From Hemiscyllium ocellatum (Eukaryota), in assembly GCF_020745735.1 (NCBI RefSeq), contig NC_083426.1, forward strand, positions 12,338,001 through 12,402,000: a stretch of DNA of 64,000 nt. Direction: 5' to 3'. A program made the translations under genes and the position numbers. Positions 35,901 to 50,300 of this stretch are shown here, in pieces; positions within the stretch are counted from its first letter, which is position 1, and the number at the start of each line of letters is the position of its first letter. The notes beneath the pieces were generated by a model. It was not told where the DNA came from and did no database searches. It worked only from the letters and a program-made list of their open reading frames with translations.

Positions 35901-38900
35901 GGGTGGAGCGGACAGGTGGGAAGGGAGGTTGGCAGGTGGGGCACGTATTGCAGATGGTGCTGAGCTGGAGGGTTGGAACTGGGGTAAGGTGGGGGGAGGG
36001 GAAATGAGGAAACTGGTGGACTTGCTGAGATACTTGTATCATCAACGATCACAGGTGAAGTGCTGGCAGACTGGAGGTTGGCGAATGTGGTGCCACTGTT
36101 TAAGAAAAGTGGTAAAGGACAAGCCAGGGAACTACAGACCAGAGAGCCTGACATTGGTAGTGGGCAAGTTGTTGGAGGAAATCCTGAAGGACAGAATGTA
36201 CAAGTATTTGGAAAGGCAAGGATTGATCAGGGATCGTAAACATGGCTTTGTGCATATTCAATCATGTCTCTTCTGTCTGATATTTCACTTCTCATTTCCA
36301 GTGTGTTTAATATTTTGTTTCTTTTTACTCTGTTACCACCATCGTAAATTCAAACACTCAATTCCTCAGTGTTTATAACAGACAACATTTCTGATACTTA
36401 CTGTCAGCAGCTTGGGCAAATAATTTTGTAAATGTGAAGTGAATTCTGCAGAATGAATATGTACATCACAAATGAAAATGGAAAGATCTCCATCAAGCAT
36501 TGACTTAACATGACACAAGGTCCAGCTGCCACCAGATGAACATCCAGTTGTTCCACCATTGGCTTACTGTGAAAATAGGACTCACCATCTTCACGGACTT
36601 CAGTAAGACATTTGATAAAGTTCCACATGGTAGGCTGATGGAGTAAGTGAAGTCGCGTGGGGTCCAGGGAGTACTAGCTACATGGATAAAGAACTTGCTC
36701 GGCAACAGGTGACTGAGAGTAGTAGTGGAAGGGAATTTCTCAAAGTGGAGACCTGTAACCAGTGGTGTTCCACAGGGATCCGTGCTGGGACCACTGTTGT
36801 TTGTGATATACATAAATGATCTGGAGGAAGGTATTGGTGGTCTGATTAGCAAGCTTGCAGATGACACTAAGATTGATGGAGTAGCAGATAGTGAAGGGGA
36901 CTGCCAGTGAATACAGCAGAATATAGATAGATTGGAAAGTTGGGCAGGGAAATGCCAGATGAAGTTCAATCTGGGCAAATGTGAGGTGATGCGTTTTTGA
37001 AGATCCAATTCAAGAGCGAACTATACGATAAATGGAAAAGTCCTGGGGAAAATTGATGTACAGAGAGATCTGGATGCTCAAGTCCATTGTACTCTGAAGA
37101 TGACAGCGCAGGTCAATAGAGTGGGCAAGAAGGCATACAGCATGCTTTCCTTCATTGGATGGGGTGTTGAGTACAAGAGTTGGCAGGTCATGTTACAGTT
37201 GTATAAGACTTTGGTTCAACCACATTTGGAATATTGCATTTGGTTGTGGTTGACACATTCCCAAAAGGATGTCAATGCTTTGGAGAGGGTGCAGAGGAGG
37301 TTTACCAGGATTTTGCCTGGAATGAAGGGTGCAACCTATGAAGGGAAGTTAAGTAGATGAAGATTATTTTCATTAGAAAGATGGAGGTTGCTGGGGGACC
37401 TGATTGAGGTCTATAAAATCATGAGAGGTATAGACTGGGTGGATAGCAAGAAGGTTTTTCCCAGTGTGGGGGACTCAATTACGAGGGGGACATGAGTTCA
37501 ACGTGAGAGGGGGAAAGTTTAAGGGAGATATATGCATGGAAAGTCCTTCACGCAGAGGGTGGTGCGTGCTGGAAAGCATTGCCAGCAGAGGTGGTAGAGG
37601 TGGGCATGATAGTGTCATTTAAGATGTACCTAGACAGATACATGAATGGGCAGGGAGCAGAGGGAGACAGAGCCTTAGAAAATAGGTGGCAGGTGTAGAT
37701 AAAGGAGCTAGATCAACACAGGCCTGTAGGGCCGAAGGGCCTGTTCTTGTACTGTAATTTTCTTTGTTCTGTGTTCATCTTTGACAGAGTCATAGATAGA
37801 GCCATAGAATCATAAAGCATGGAAACAGACCTTCAGTCCAACTCATGCACACTGACCAGACATCCCGAGTTGCATTTGCCAGCATTTGTCCCATATCGCT
37901 CTAAACCCTTCCTATTCATATATCCATCCAGATGTCTTTTAAAGTGATCATTGTACTCACCTCCACTACTTCCTCTGACAGAATGTTCTGTACCTGCACT
38001 GTCTCTGCATGAAAATGTTGCCCCTTAGATCCTTGTTAAATGTTTCCTCTTTCACCATAAACCTACGTCCTCCAGTTTTGGACTCCCCCACCCTTGGAAA
38101 TAGTCTGTGGCTATTCATGTACTCATGCCCCTCATGACTTTATAATCCTCTGTAATATCATCCCTCAGCCTCCAAAGCTTCAAGGAAGAAAGCCCCAGCG
38201 TTTTCAACTCCCCCTCTAACTCAAACCCTCCAACATCAGCAACATCCTGGTGAGTCTTTTCTGCATTCTCTCAAGTTTAACAAATCCTTCCTGTAAACAT
38301 ACGATGACAACGTCAACATCCGGAGGATCTATTTCAAATATCTTGTCACCATTACTCACAATCACCTAATGTCTTGTACCAGCCAAAAGGATACATCAAA
38401 TACCATCATGTGAACAGACCTCCTCAAAACAATCTTCCATTCTGCCTTGATTATATATTTTTGCTTCTTTGATGAAACTGTGTACAATTGCGACATTGAA
38501 AGGCATCTGATGAGTATATGAATAGGAAGGGTTTAGAGGGAGATGGGACCAATGCTGGTAAATAGGACTAGATCAGATTGGGATGTCTGATCAGCACAGA
38601 CGAGTTGGACTAAAGGATCTGTCTGTGAGCTGTATGAGTCTATGACTTTATCTATGACTCTGCACTGTAAGGTACATGGTATATTTCCTACACCATTTTG
38701 AGAATACCACCAAGAAGAAGGCCTTCTCACTGCAAATTTGACCAAAGTTGACCAGGTGTTCCTCCCAAGTGACACCAAGGTTGAGCAGATTTATTAACAC
38801 ACAGTGAAACAACATTTCCCTCAGTACCACACCGAGGTGGAAAAGGGCAAGGTCAATGTGACATTCACAGTCTTCATTAGATTAGATTACTTACAGTGTG

Positions 38901-41900
38901 GAAACAGGCCCTTCGGCACAACAAGTCCACACCGACCCGCCGAAGCGCAACCCACCCATACCCCTACAGTTACCCCTTACCTAACACTACGGGCAATTTA
39001 GCATGGCCAATTCACCTAGTCTGCACATCTTTGGACTGTGGGAAGAAACCGGAGCACCCGGAGGAAACCCACGCAGATACGGGGAGAATGTGCAAACTCC
39101 ACACAGTCAGTCGCCTGAGTCGGGAATTGAACCCGGGTCTCAGGCGCTGTGAGACAGCAGTGCTAACCACTGTGCCACCCATTTCATGAAATCCAATCAA
39201 GGTAGTAGTGAAGTAATTGTGATGAATAATGGATCTGAGGGCCAGCTACCTGTAGCTGTTTTCCTCTTGTTCTTGTTTCCAACACAAATATCACAATTTG
39301 TTGAGAAGCTAATGCCACAGCCTGATGTCAATCCAGCCCCATTTCCATTCTGAGAGTTATGTCGTGAAATAGTAAATGATTTCGATCCCGAATAACAAAA
39401 CAGTTTTCTAGAGGATTTAATCTATCACATGGAAGTCATCAAACACTAACGTTGAGATAGTCGTACCTTATATCAAGTTGAGATGTGATGTTTGAATTTG
39501 TAGTTGTCGATGATACTGTTGAAATTTTATAACAGTCATCAGCTCCTATTGAAACAAAGAATAACATTCAGATTAACCTTTTTTTACTATAGTTAACCAA
39601 AAGAGCAACATTGTAAGATTGGAAGAAACGCCTGTCTGATACAATGGATTTGGAAAGTATAATCTCAGTGTAATGTCCACCCCCTCACCAGCCGGGTGTT
39701 CCCACTGTGACCTGTCAGTGACCCATCTTTCACGATCGCTTCTAATTGTTTCCCATGTCTCACAGATGGGAGCACAGCATTACCTACTGAGCCTGTTAAA
39801 GGAATCCAATCCCAACATCCCCTTTGTGTCCTCTGCAAACGCATAATTCCAGCCAGAGAACTGTCACTCCTCATCACTCGAGGAGATGATGACCAAGCGG
39901 TGTTATTGCTAGACTATTAATCCAGAGAGGCGAAAGTGAGTAGTGCAGATGCTGGAGATGAGAGTCAGGATTAGAGTGGTGCTGGAAAAGCACAGGACGT
40001 TAGGCAGCATCCTTGATGGTAGGCTTTTGCTCAAAACATCAATTTTCCTGCTCCTCAGATGCTGCCTGACCTGCTGTACTTTTCCAGTACACCACTCTAA
40101 TCTTGACTATTAATTCAGAGACCCAGCAATGCTCTGGGGAGCTGGTTTTAAACCCTGCCATGCAGATAGTGGAATTCCAGTGTCACCAAACAAAAGAAAC
40201 TGGAATTAAAAGTCTGATAGAGATCACAAATCTGTTGTCGATTGTCAGGAAACAACCATCGGGTTCTGATGTCCTTGAGGGAAAGGAACAGCCATCCTTA
40301 CCTGATCTAACCTACATGTGACTCCAGACCTACAGCAATGTGGCTGACTCTGAACAATTCAGACTGGGAAATAAATGTTGGCTTAGTCAGTGACACCTAC
40401 ATTCAGTGAATGAATAAAATATTCACCAGAAAATGTTTTTCTGGAGACCTAATAACTTTGATTCTGGCCATGATGGAAAAGGAGCTTCAGCTGCACACTG
40501 TATGTGGAGGGAAATATTAGAGCAGGAATTACTGCCTTCAGTGTCAGTGAACAAATAACCAATATTCATTCGATATTCCCCTGATCAGATCTTATTGCTT
40601 GTCTCCAAGGCTCCCCACATCCATTAAACCTGCAGGTAAGTGCCTCAGATGTGATTCAGATCATTCATTTAATTCAAAATCTCACAATAAATTGTGCTGA
40701 TCCTGCATCTTTCACAACCTCAGCACATCTTTAAATACTACACAACCCACAAAGCTCTTCCCTTTATTGTAATCCTGGTTATGACATGGGGAAACAGAAG
40801 CTAATTTGCATACATGAGAAATTCCCACAAATGTTATCACCAGATAATCTGCTCTCCATCATCTGAACTGAGGGGTGAAGTTGATGAAATACTGAGTGAA
40901 TTTTCCTGTTCTTCCTTGAATTATACCAGCTGACTATTCTAATGTTTCTCACTGAAAGCAACATTGATGAAACAGTTCCTGCTGTTTAAACTGTTACATT
41001 CAAAGATGGTAAAGGCACCCTTAACTCAGAACCAAGTCTTTGCCCCATTTTGATTCTGATACAGTCAGTTTCTGGTCAATGTAAATCTGAGATTTCTATT
41101 TGTAATTTGAGATGATGCAATGTTACAGCAAAGAAGAAGGAAGTTTATAACAGAAGAAGGGTGACTGGATCTGAAAGTTTAAATCTACTTTCTCTCCACA
41201 GAAGCTGCCAGAACTGCTGAGTTTCTCCAGCAATTTCAGTTTTTGTTTCAGATTTTCAGAATCTACAGTTCTTTGATTTTATTAATATCCTTTCACTTCC
41301 CTTTTAAACATTATTATTAACTCGGTTTCTAACACATATTCCAGCCTGCAATCCATGTTGCAAAGGATATTTACATCTGGGCCAGGGTTTGAGTATAAAA
41401 TTGAATGCTCTCACTCCAGTGTGTTGGTGAAGGAATGCTGCAGGGTTGGCAGTGCTACCTTTTCGGTAAGATGTTAAACTGAAACTCCATCTGCCAACTC
41501 TGATCAATGCCAATGATCCAGGGCACTATCTTGAAGAAGACTAGTGCAGTTACTCCAGTATCTGGATAAAATTTATCCCCCAATTAAAGATGTCATCTCG
41601 TGATTTTCACATTGTCATTTGTGATAGTTGTCTCTGGACAGATTGATTGCTGCACTTCCTGTATTGCAGGAGTGAGGAGACTTCAACAAGCAATGGCTGT
41701 AAATGCTTTAGATGTTCAGAGATTGTGCTCAGTCACTTCCATTTTAGATAAACTCTTTAACATTCTCTCCTGACATCCATCCGAAATGAGAATGCAGGAG
41801 CTGGAAGTCACAATAGCTATTTTAGCTGTTGAAGACTCATCAATTTACTGGAATTTCTGCAAAATTTATCCATGTTTTTAAGATATTTTATAATCTTAGT

Positions 41901-44900
41901 CTTCATCAGGAATGAAGGACTTTTGCCCAAAATGTCACTTTTCCTGCTCCTTGGATGGTGCCTGATCTGCTGTGCTTTTCCAGCACCACTCTAATCTAGA
42001 CACTGATTTCCAGCATCTGCAGTCCTCACATTTGCAATGTTGATTTTATAATCTTATCCTTATTCAACTAAATTGTCTTGTTCCGATCTATTGAAAAACC
42101 AGATGAAGTAAATTTGGCCAGTTCCAATTTTTCAGACTGACTGCACGAATATAATCAGCAACTAATTTGTGAGACATTTATATTTTGACAATTACATTGT
42201 TTGTTTACAGTGTAACTTACCACTGGTGCTGATTTGTGCCACATAACTGCAGTTCTCCCCTGGTCTGTGTGTGACTGACACATTAACCATTTCACTGGGT
42301 TTTGTTCCCTGAGTATTTGAGGCTGTGCAGTAATATTGATGATGTTGCTGTGTGAAGGATTGACAATGTAGATCCAGTTTACTGGTGTTAGAGATCTTTG
42401 AATCTTGAGATGGGGTCCTTTCATACCATGTGTAGTGAATGGGGAGGGATCCCTGGACACGTTCACAGAAGATTGACACTGAGCTCCCAAAACATGAGGC
42501 ATTTGATGGAGATGATAAAAATCTAAGTTCAGGAAGAGACACAGGATCTGGGGAAAAGAAGCAGATATTCAGATACCACATGAACAGCATTCAAATACAT
42601 TCTTTTTGCGAACATTTCTACACTTCTACATCTCATACAGGGCTTATATGTTGGAATATCCTCAACACACCTCCCTCTCCATACCACTCCGGACTCCAAG
42701 TAAAGTGATTTCCCATGTCTACTATTACAGGTGGTTCTCCTATAATGCTATAGTTGTGTTCCAGTGAAACCTCGCTGAATATAAATAATGGGGCCTACGG
42801 GAAAAGTGGGGTTAGGGCAGACAGGCAAAAAATATCACTCAAGAGTGCTCAAATATCACCCAAAAGTCTAACGCGAAGTATAGCACAGCCTGAATGAAGG
42901 TGGAAATCATATTTATTAATGAGACAAAGGTAAATTTAACACAGTGCATTTAAAAATGTCTGAAAGCTGCTCTCTGTGCAGTCCCTCTCACAGAAAGCTG
43001 CTCTGTCAGCAGCTGATATCAGCACATGTGCAGGACAGTGCGGAGACTTTGGCGCGGACATCGCTGTATGTGCAGAACGAAACATGCAAACCCATCCCTG
43101 CTGGAAATGTGCAAGTAACAAAGGAGGTAGACGTTCTTGAAAATACCATTCCCTAATTCTTCAACAACGTTCTAGTCAAATCGCGCAGCCGAAGAGTACG
43201 TTATCCCAGAACTAACTGTATATCAGAACTTAGGAGAACTCTAAATCAGGACAAATGCAATGATGATGATCATGAGCCAACATGGAAATCAGAGCCAATA
43301 TTTTCTCTCAGTAGCAGATCAAAGACTGTAACTGGTTCAGTGTTTGATTCACAAATGGAAAGCTGTCGGACAGAAATTTACATAAAAATGGAATAAAATA
43401 AGACAATAAATTGGCTGATATTTGTTGCAAGCTTTCTGGCCTTAAACACAGAGTTTAAATATGCTTTGTCCGACTTCACTGTGACTGAAAAGGATATTTT
43501 AACTCAAACATCCAGGGGGAGGTGGCAATTTGTGTTTCAGGGATTCTGAAATCCAGAAATGCTGGGTAAATGGACGTTGTGCCAGATTTACTGTCTAGTT
43601 CAGTGTCCCCAGAACCAATGTCTTTAAGATATAATTTGGGTGAATTTAATGTTTACACTGACTAGAATCCGATCCAACATTCATCAGCCAATTTGGAGTA
43701 ATGGGTGTGGAGTAACATTTTCCCCTTTATCTCTGCATCAAGAGAGTATCGAGACACACTGGTGACCAGACACATCCTTAGGACAATTCCTGAGAGGAAC
43801 TCACTGGATTCTCCTTTTGGCTACAAGTTCTGCATGTGTTCACCAGAGAGTGTGTAGTGTTTCAGTGATTGTCCTTCATGTTAGCTGAAGCAGTAATGCA
43901 TACTTAATCTAGGTTGATCCTGATGGACTCACAAGACGCAATTGTGTATCTTAGATACAACACAACGAGCTATTCCTTGATGTGCAATAACCCAATCTGC
44001 TGTTTGATTGAATCAAACTGATATTCTCCTTAAGACAGTATGAGGCTATTCTTCCCGAGTGATATCAATGGGCTTGAACAATATCAGCAAAGTGGTTGGT
44101 AGCAGAAAAGCTCCATAAAATGTCTCTGAATGACCTATTACAGCACATCCCAGAGCCCCATCCCTCTCTCTGCACTGACAGCATGTCCCAGACTGGAACC
44201 TGGCTCTTCCCCTTCAGGGAACTTGCTCAGGTCCAAGTGGTGCCCACTGCTGCTGAGGGACCAAAGGTCACATCCCCATTCACTTCCCTCTGTACTCAGT
44301 GCAGGCGGCCATTGGGAATGTAGATGTAAACTCTTACAATGTTTTAGCTGGTGGGGGACCAAGGAGGATAAGAACAACAGCACTCCATTTCATAAAATTT
44401 GATGTTTTTCGATCAGTCGTCTTGGCCTCAAAGTTCTAATTCTTTTTACAAAGTATTGAGCTACCTGCCCCCCAAATGCAAAACCCTTTCACTGTCACGG
44501 GGCATCAGGATACTGGAACTGTCATGTTCTCTCACAGATAAAACATTGATCTTACATCTTAATGGGGAATAATCAATGATATCACTGAAAGATGTACCAT
44601 CAGATATTTGCAGCTCTACAGCAGACACTGAAATGAGGCTAGATTGGTCAATACCACAGCTGTACCATCCTGCATCTTCAAAACGAAGATCCTCCATAGT
44701 AACAGAAAATTTATTTTGTGTCATGTTATCTGTGATCGACATCCTTCCTCGCTGTCCATGATGGTCACTTGATTTTACTAAAACAGAGCACTGGCGCATC
44801 CAAAGTTTCACAGACCATCGTGACCATTGGTCATAGTGACAGTCTATTGTGATCGCTCTTCCCAAAACTCCTGTTACTTTCCTTTTCACCGGCACTACAC

Positions 44901-47260
44901 CTGAACCTGAAAAGACAATGAATTCATCAAACAGAAAATAGCTTCTCAACACATTCAGATACTTTTAATATGAGTTACCACTAAGTACAGAGGTACCACT
45001 GCATTACTCAGGCAGTTTGTGGTGAAATCCATATAATTGTGTTAGGGAGACCAGCATTGTCTGAGAAATGTAACAACCAGTGTGCACTCATTTGCAAAGC
45101 TTTATACAGCAACATTCAATTCTGCCCAGCAACAGGGTTTGTATCAAATAGCCTCAAAATGGGGTATTTTGAAGGATTTCAGTTGGTCACTCAGCACAGT
45201 TTCAGGGTCACTAAGAGGAGTTCAAAAAATTACAGACAGCGACTGAAGGTCACTGAATTTTGGAAAAGGCAGAGAGGAGACTTCTTCAAAGCATTGTTCC
45301 TAATAATGTAGTCTTGTGGATAAGGCAACAGAATTGCTTGGCTTCTACAGAGGGGACTATGAGTGAAGCTCAAAGGCAGTTGTATATGGCTAGGCTGTGT
45401 TGGATATGGCCATCAGTGATCTGGAGTAACTCTGAAGGACCCATTAGGCTGAGATCTTTGAGGGTAACACATGCAGTGGTGTCACCACACCGCAGGTAGA
45501 GGGGGTAACTGTCAGAAAGGGAATGGGAGACCACCCAGACAGAGTGAAAACATGAGGCAGGGAGTGCAGGAATACACTGAGGCTGTCTTCCTTTCTCGTA
45601 GATTTTCCCTTTTGAATGCAACTGGGGGAAATGTGTTCTCAGGTGAATGCAGCGAAAGTCACATCCATGGTACCAGGAGTGGTTCAGCTGCCTGATTCTG
45701 GGGAGAGAGGGATTTAGACTCTTGAGGCCTTGGGTCCAATTCTGGAGAAGATGGGATGTGTCCAAGTTGGACAGGTCATGAACCAGCAGGATCAAGACCA
45801 ATACTCTCCAAGGGGAATTTGCTAGTTCTGTGATAAGACAGTAAGCTCGGGTGGCAGGGTGCCATGATCATGGATCATCACCTCATGTCACCTATGGATA
45901 TCATAGAATGAATCATAAAATCCTGCAGTGTGGAAATGGGCCCATTTGGCCCAAAAAATCTATATCCACCCTACCACTTCACATTCCCCCAGACTAATGC
46001 ACCTACCCGACACACTACGGATGATTTAACATAGTCAATTCACCTAACCTGCATATCATTGGATTATAGGAAGAAAGCAGAGCACCCAGAGGAAACCCAC
46101 AAAGACACAGGGAGAATGTGCAAACTCCACACAGACAGTCACCCGTGTCTCGAATTGAACCCAGCTCCCTGGTGCTGTGAGGCAGCAGTGCTAACCACTG
46201 AGCAACCGTGCCTCTGACATCTTATGTTTCAAGTATTTTCAAGTGTAACTATATTTCATTTAATCGCTTATATATAGAACTTTACTTTCGATATTTGGTT
46301 TTAAAGAGAACTGATCAAGCCAAAGTGAGTTCAGATGTGAATTCAGTGGAGATGTGGAGGGAGACCTTGGAAATTTGTACAAAACAGTGTGTCACGGAAA
46401 CTTCAAAAGGATTGACTTAAATGGAGAAATATACAGAAAAAAAAATGTATTCACCCAGCACGGGATGGGTTGGAAGACCATTGTTCTGGACTTTTATTTC
46501 AGCAAGGCTGGACATTTTACTTCTTTATTTTCTAACATTTTGTAACTAAATAAACTGCACCTAGCTACCTTTGTACTTAAGATGTCACTGTAAGTGGTGA
46601 CATAAACCTTTTCCCTGTATTCATTGAATGTATGTAATGGTAAAATTAATTTATCTGTGGACAGAGTCAAAAATCACACAACACCAGGTTATAATCCAAC
46701 AGGTTTATCTGGAAGCACTAGCTTTCAAAGCACTGCCCCTTCATCAGGTGATTGTGGAGGTTAAGATCATGCTCATAGAATTTATAGCCAAAGGAGCCCA
46801 GTATCATGGAGATGTGATATAGTCAACAAGCTTAGATTAGCATTTTCATCTTTGATAATGGAATGTGCTGGTTTCTGTTCTTTGTTAGGTAAATCCCAGA
46901 ATTTATTTGAAATCACATTCTCAAGATAGCACTGCTTTTTAAACAATAGCCGTGAAGTCTGTGTCCCAATGCTATGTCAAACTGACAATCCCTCTGTATA
47001 GCTTTACAGAGTTTTACATGGATTCATGCAGCAAAATATAATGTAATTCTGGAAAAACAAATTCACCCCAGATGCTGATGTATGTGCATATGGAGGGGAG
47101 ACAGATTGAGTTGCATGTGTGAGTGTGGATGTGAACCCACATGACAGAGTGTGTGTGTGTGTGTGTATATATGTGTGTGAGTAAGCTTGGCTCAGTGTAT
47201 GTGTGAATATTATGGTTATCTGTGAGGAGGTGCGCATGTCAGTTTGTGTGTGTGTGCGTG

Positions 47261-47303
<43 letters not shown>

Positions 47304-50300
47304 TTGAGAGAGAAAGCGAGAGTTTCGTGCAGTGGGGTCATCTGCTGTGTGACTTGAACCCTAGGCCCCAGGTGATCTGTAGACAGCGTGGTGTGAAGGT
47401 CACAGTTTGGTGAACAGCCATTAAATATCCCTGCAGATTGGGAAAAGAATCAGGTTACACCTTTTCTTATTCCGAGTGCTGCAGGCCAGTGTTTGTCAAA
47501 CAAATGAATTTCAATTAACCTGCTCAACGCCAAGAATCTCAATCAACTGCTCAGTGCTCCAAGTAACATCCACTCTCATGGCTGTAATGTTCTATTATCC
47601 ACTCTTTATAAACAACTCAGAGTCTCAACCTCTTTAAATAACTTTCATTATTTTCTTTAGACTCACTTCATACTCTCAAAATCTGTATATGTATGTTATA
47701 TTATTAATACTTCGTTTGTTAAGTAAATAACAAACTCACTCACTGTTAACTCAAGAAAGCCCAGTTAATTGAGTCCTCTTAGAACATAAACACATATGGT
47801 TTGGGAGAAAGGTAACCACAAAATAGAGAATACATTGTATTCTATTAATGCACAGATGAAATCAAAACAAACAAACTGCAATTCTTGAACAGAAAGTATT
47901 ATTTACCTCGGTTCCCAATCTGTGCCAGGAAAATGCAGTTCCTCTCTGATCTGTGGACGATTGTCACTTTAACCATTTCACTGGATTTTTCTCCCTGAGT
48001 GTTTGAGGCTATGCAGTAATATTGATGATCTTGCTGTTTGAATAATTGACAATGTAGATCCAGTGTATTGTTCTCAGAAATCTTTGAACCTACAGACTGG
48101 GTCTTTTCGTACCATGTGTACCGAATGGGAAAGGATCCCTGGACAGACTCACAGGAGACAGAAACTAGATTCTCAAAACACCAGATATTTGGTGTTAAAA
48201 ATCGAATTACAGGGACAGACACAGGTTCTGTGGGAAAGAAACAAATGATCAGATACTCACTGAGGATCCAAAAATCAAATAATCTGTAAATTTCAACATT
48301 TCTATCTTTTCATCCAAGTATTTTCATGTTGGATTCTCCACAGAGCCATGCCGATATCAACTTAATATTGCATTAATTGAGAAATTAACAGACTGTAATT
48401 GATCCTCCAGAACACTTTAGGATATATTTAAGTGATCACTTGAAGTGTAAGACCATACAAGGCTATAGGCAAAGTACTGGAGCATGGGATCACGGTAGAT
48501 AGATGCTTGTTAACCAGCACGGACATGATGGGACAGAGGTTCTCTCAGCGTGCTGTTGTACTCTATGTCTCTAAAATGGATATTGACAGGATTGGCTGGC
48601 TTCCAGAAATTCTGAGAACTGCTGTATTGCTCCCAAACTTTGTGATACTGCAACCGACCATGACCAACTTTAGTTTTTTGGAGCAGGATGACTAGAGGGT
48701 GGGTTATTTTGGATGTACATCAAAGCCATGAGAAAGAACTAATTAAAGCCCTTGATGTAAAAGAACTTTTGGGATAAATGATCAGAATATGAGAGAATTA
48801 TATGTTATGTCAGGAAGTGAGGTATTTCAAGCCGAAACAAGGTAAAATTAGGAAAATTATGAAAGAGAGAGACACAAATTGGCTGAGTTGGATTAGAAAA
48901 AAGTGAGGAATGTAGATATTGGAGATCAGAGTGGAAGAGTGTGGTGCTGGAAAAGCACAGCCAGTCAGGCAGCATCCACGGAGCAGGAGGATTGACGTTT
49001 CAGGCATTAATCCTGATGAAAGGCTTAGGCCTGAAACATCGATTCTCTTGCTTCTTGAATGCTGCCTGACTGGCTGTGCTTTTCCAGCACCACACGTTTC
49101 GAGTCTGCGCTGGATTACAGAAGTATATTCAAAGGCAGGATTATGGGTTGTGAGAAAGATATAAAACATCTTGAGGAGGATTTGGATACACTTAACGATT
49201 GGGCAGGACTTAATCAATGCCCAGCTTGGAGAAATGAGAAGTTATCCACTGTGGTCGCAAGAACTGATGTGCAGTGTCTTCTTCAAATGGTGAGATGTTG
49301 GAAAGTACGGCTGTGCAAAGACACTTGGATGCTCTTGTCTATCAGAAATTGAAGGTTAACATGCTAGTGCAGCAAGTTATTTGGAAGGCTAATAGACTAT
49401 CAACATTTAATACAAGAGGATTTGAGGGCAAGAATTGAGAATTGATGCTTCAGATGTTGTGTAGGATCTTGGTTAGACCACACCTGAAGTATTTTTTGCA
49501 CTTTTGATCACTCAATCTCAGAAAAGATAAAACTGCCATAGAAGGAGTGCATCATAGGTTCACCAAATCTTTTGTTGTATACATAAAATAGATGGTGATA
49601 CATTTTTGATCATTAATAGGAGGAGGAGTTAAGTGTGGCTGAATGTATTGAAGTGTTCAATCAGCCATAATCAAAGTAAAGTGTGAGGCAGGCTCAATAG
49701 ACTGTTGGCATCCTCCTGTTCCTATGTTCCTACCAACAAGTATCAACATTGCTGGGGCACCTTGGGATATTGGAGCGTTCATGGTTCCTCCCAGATAAAA
49801 CATTGATCAGACATTTCAGTAGAGATTAATCAAGGAAATCAATGAGAAATGTACCATCAGATACTTCAAGCTTTACAGTACGTAATTCATCACTATCTTG
49901 TTTATCAATACCACAGCTGTACCATCCTGCATCTTCCCTGCGAAGATCCTCCATGGTCACAACAAATACTCTTTGTGCCTTGTAATCCTTGATTGATATT
50001 CTTCCTCGCTGTCCGCCTGGATCAGTTGTTCTCACTAAATATGAGCAATGTCTAGTCCAACCATGACACCAGAATTTCATGTTGGGCTTGAACCGTGAGT
50101 TGTATCGACAATTTATTGTGATTGATCTTCCCACAATTCCTGTTACTTTCGTGTTTGTCCACAGAAATGATGAAACTGGGGAAATAATGTTTCAGAAATT
50201 GAACAAGAATGAAATTCTTAATATAAATAAATATAACTCAGTATGTTGTGCCCCTGTAAAGAGGGGAAACTGCACTATATCTGTGACAAATATATGACCA

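Noticed and set aside
40405-40480. AG/GT-bounded segment on the minus strand in the C2b-stalk intron
   Set aside because: The phase-1 frame has an immediate stop; only phase 0 is open, which is incompatible with C2b.
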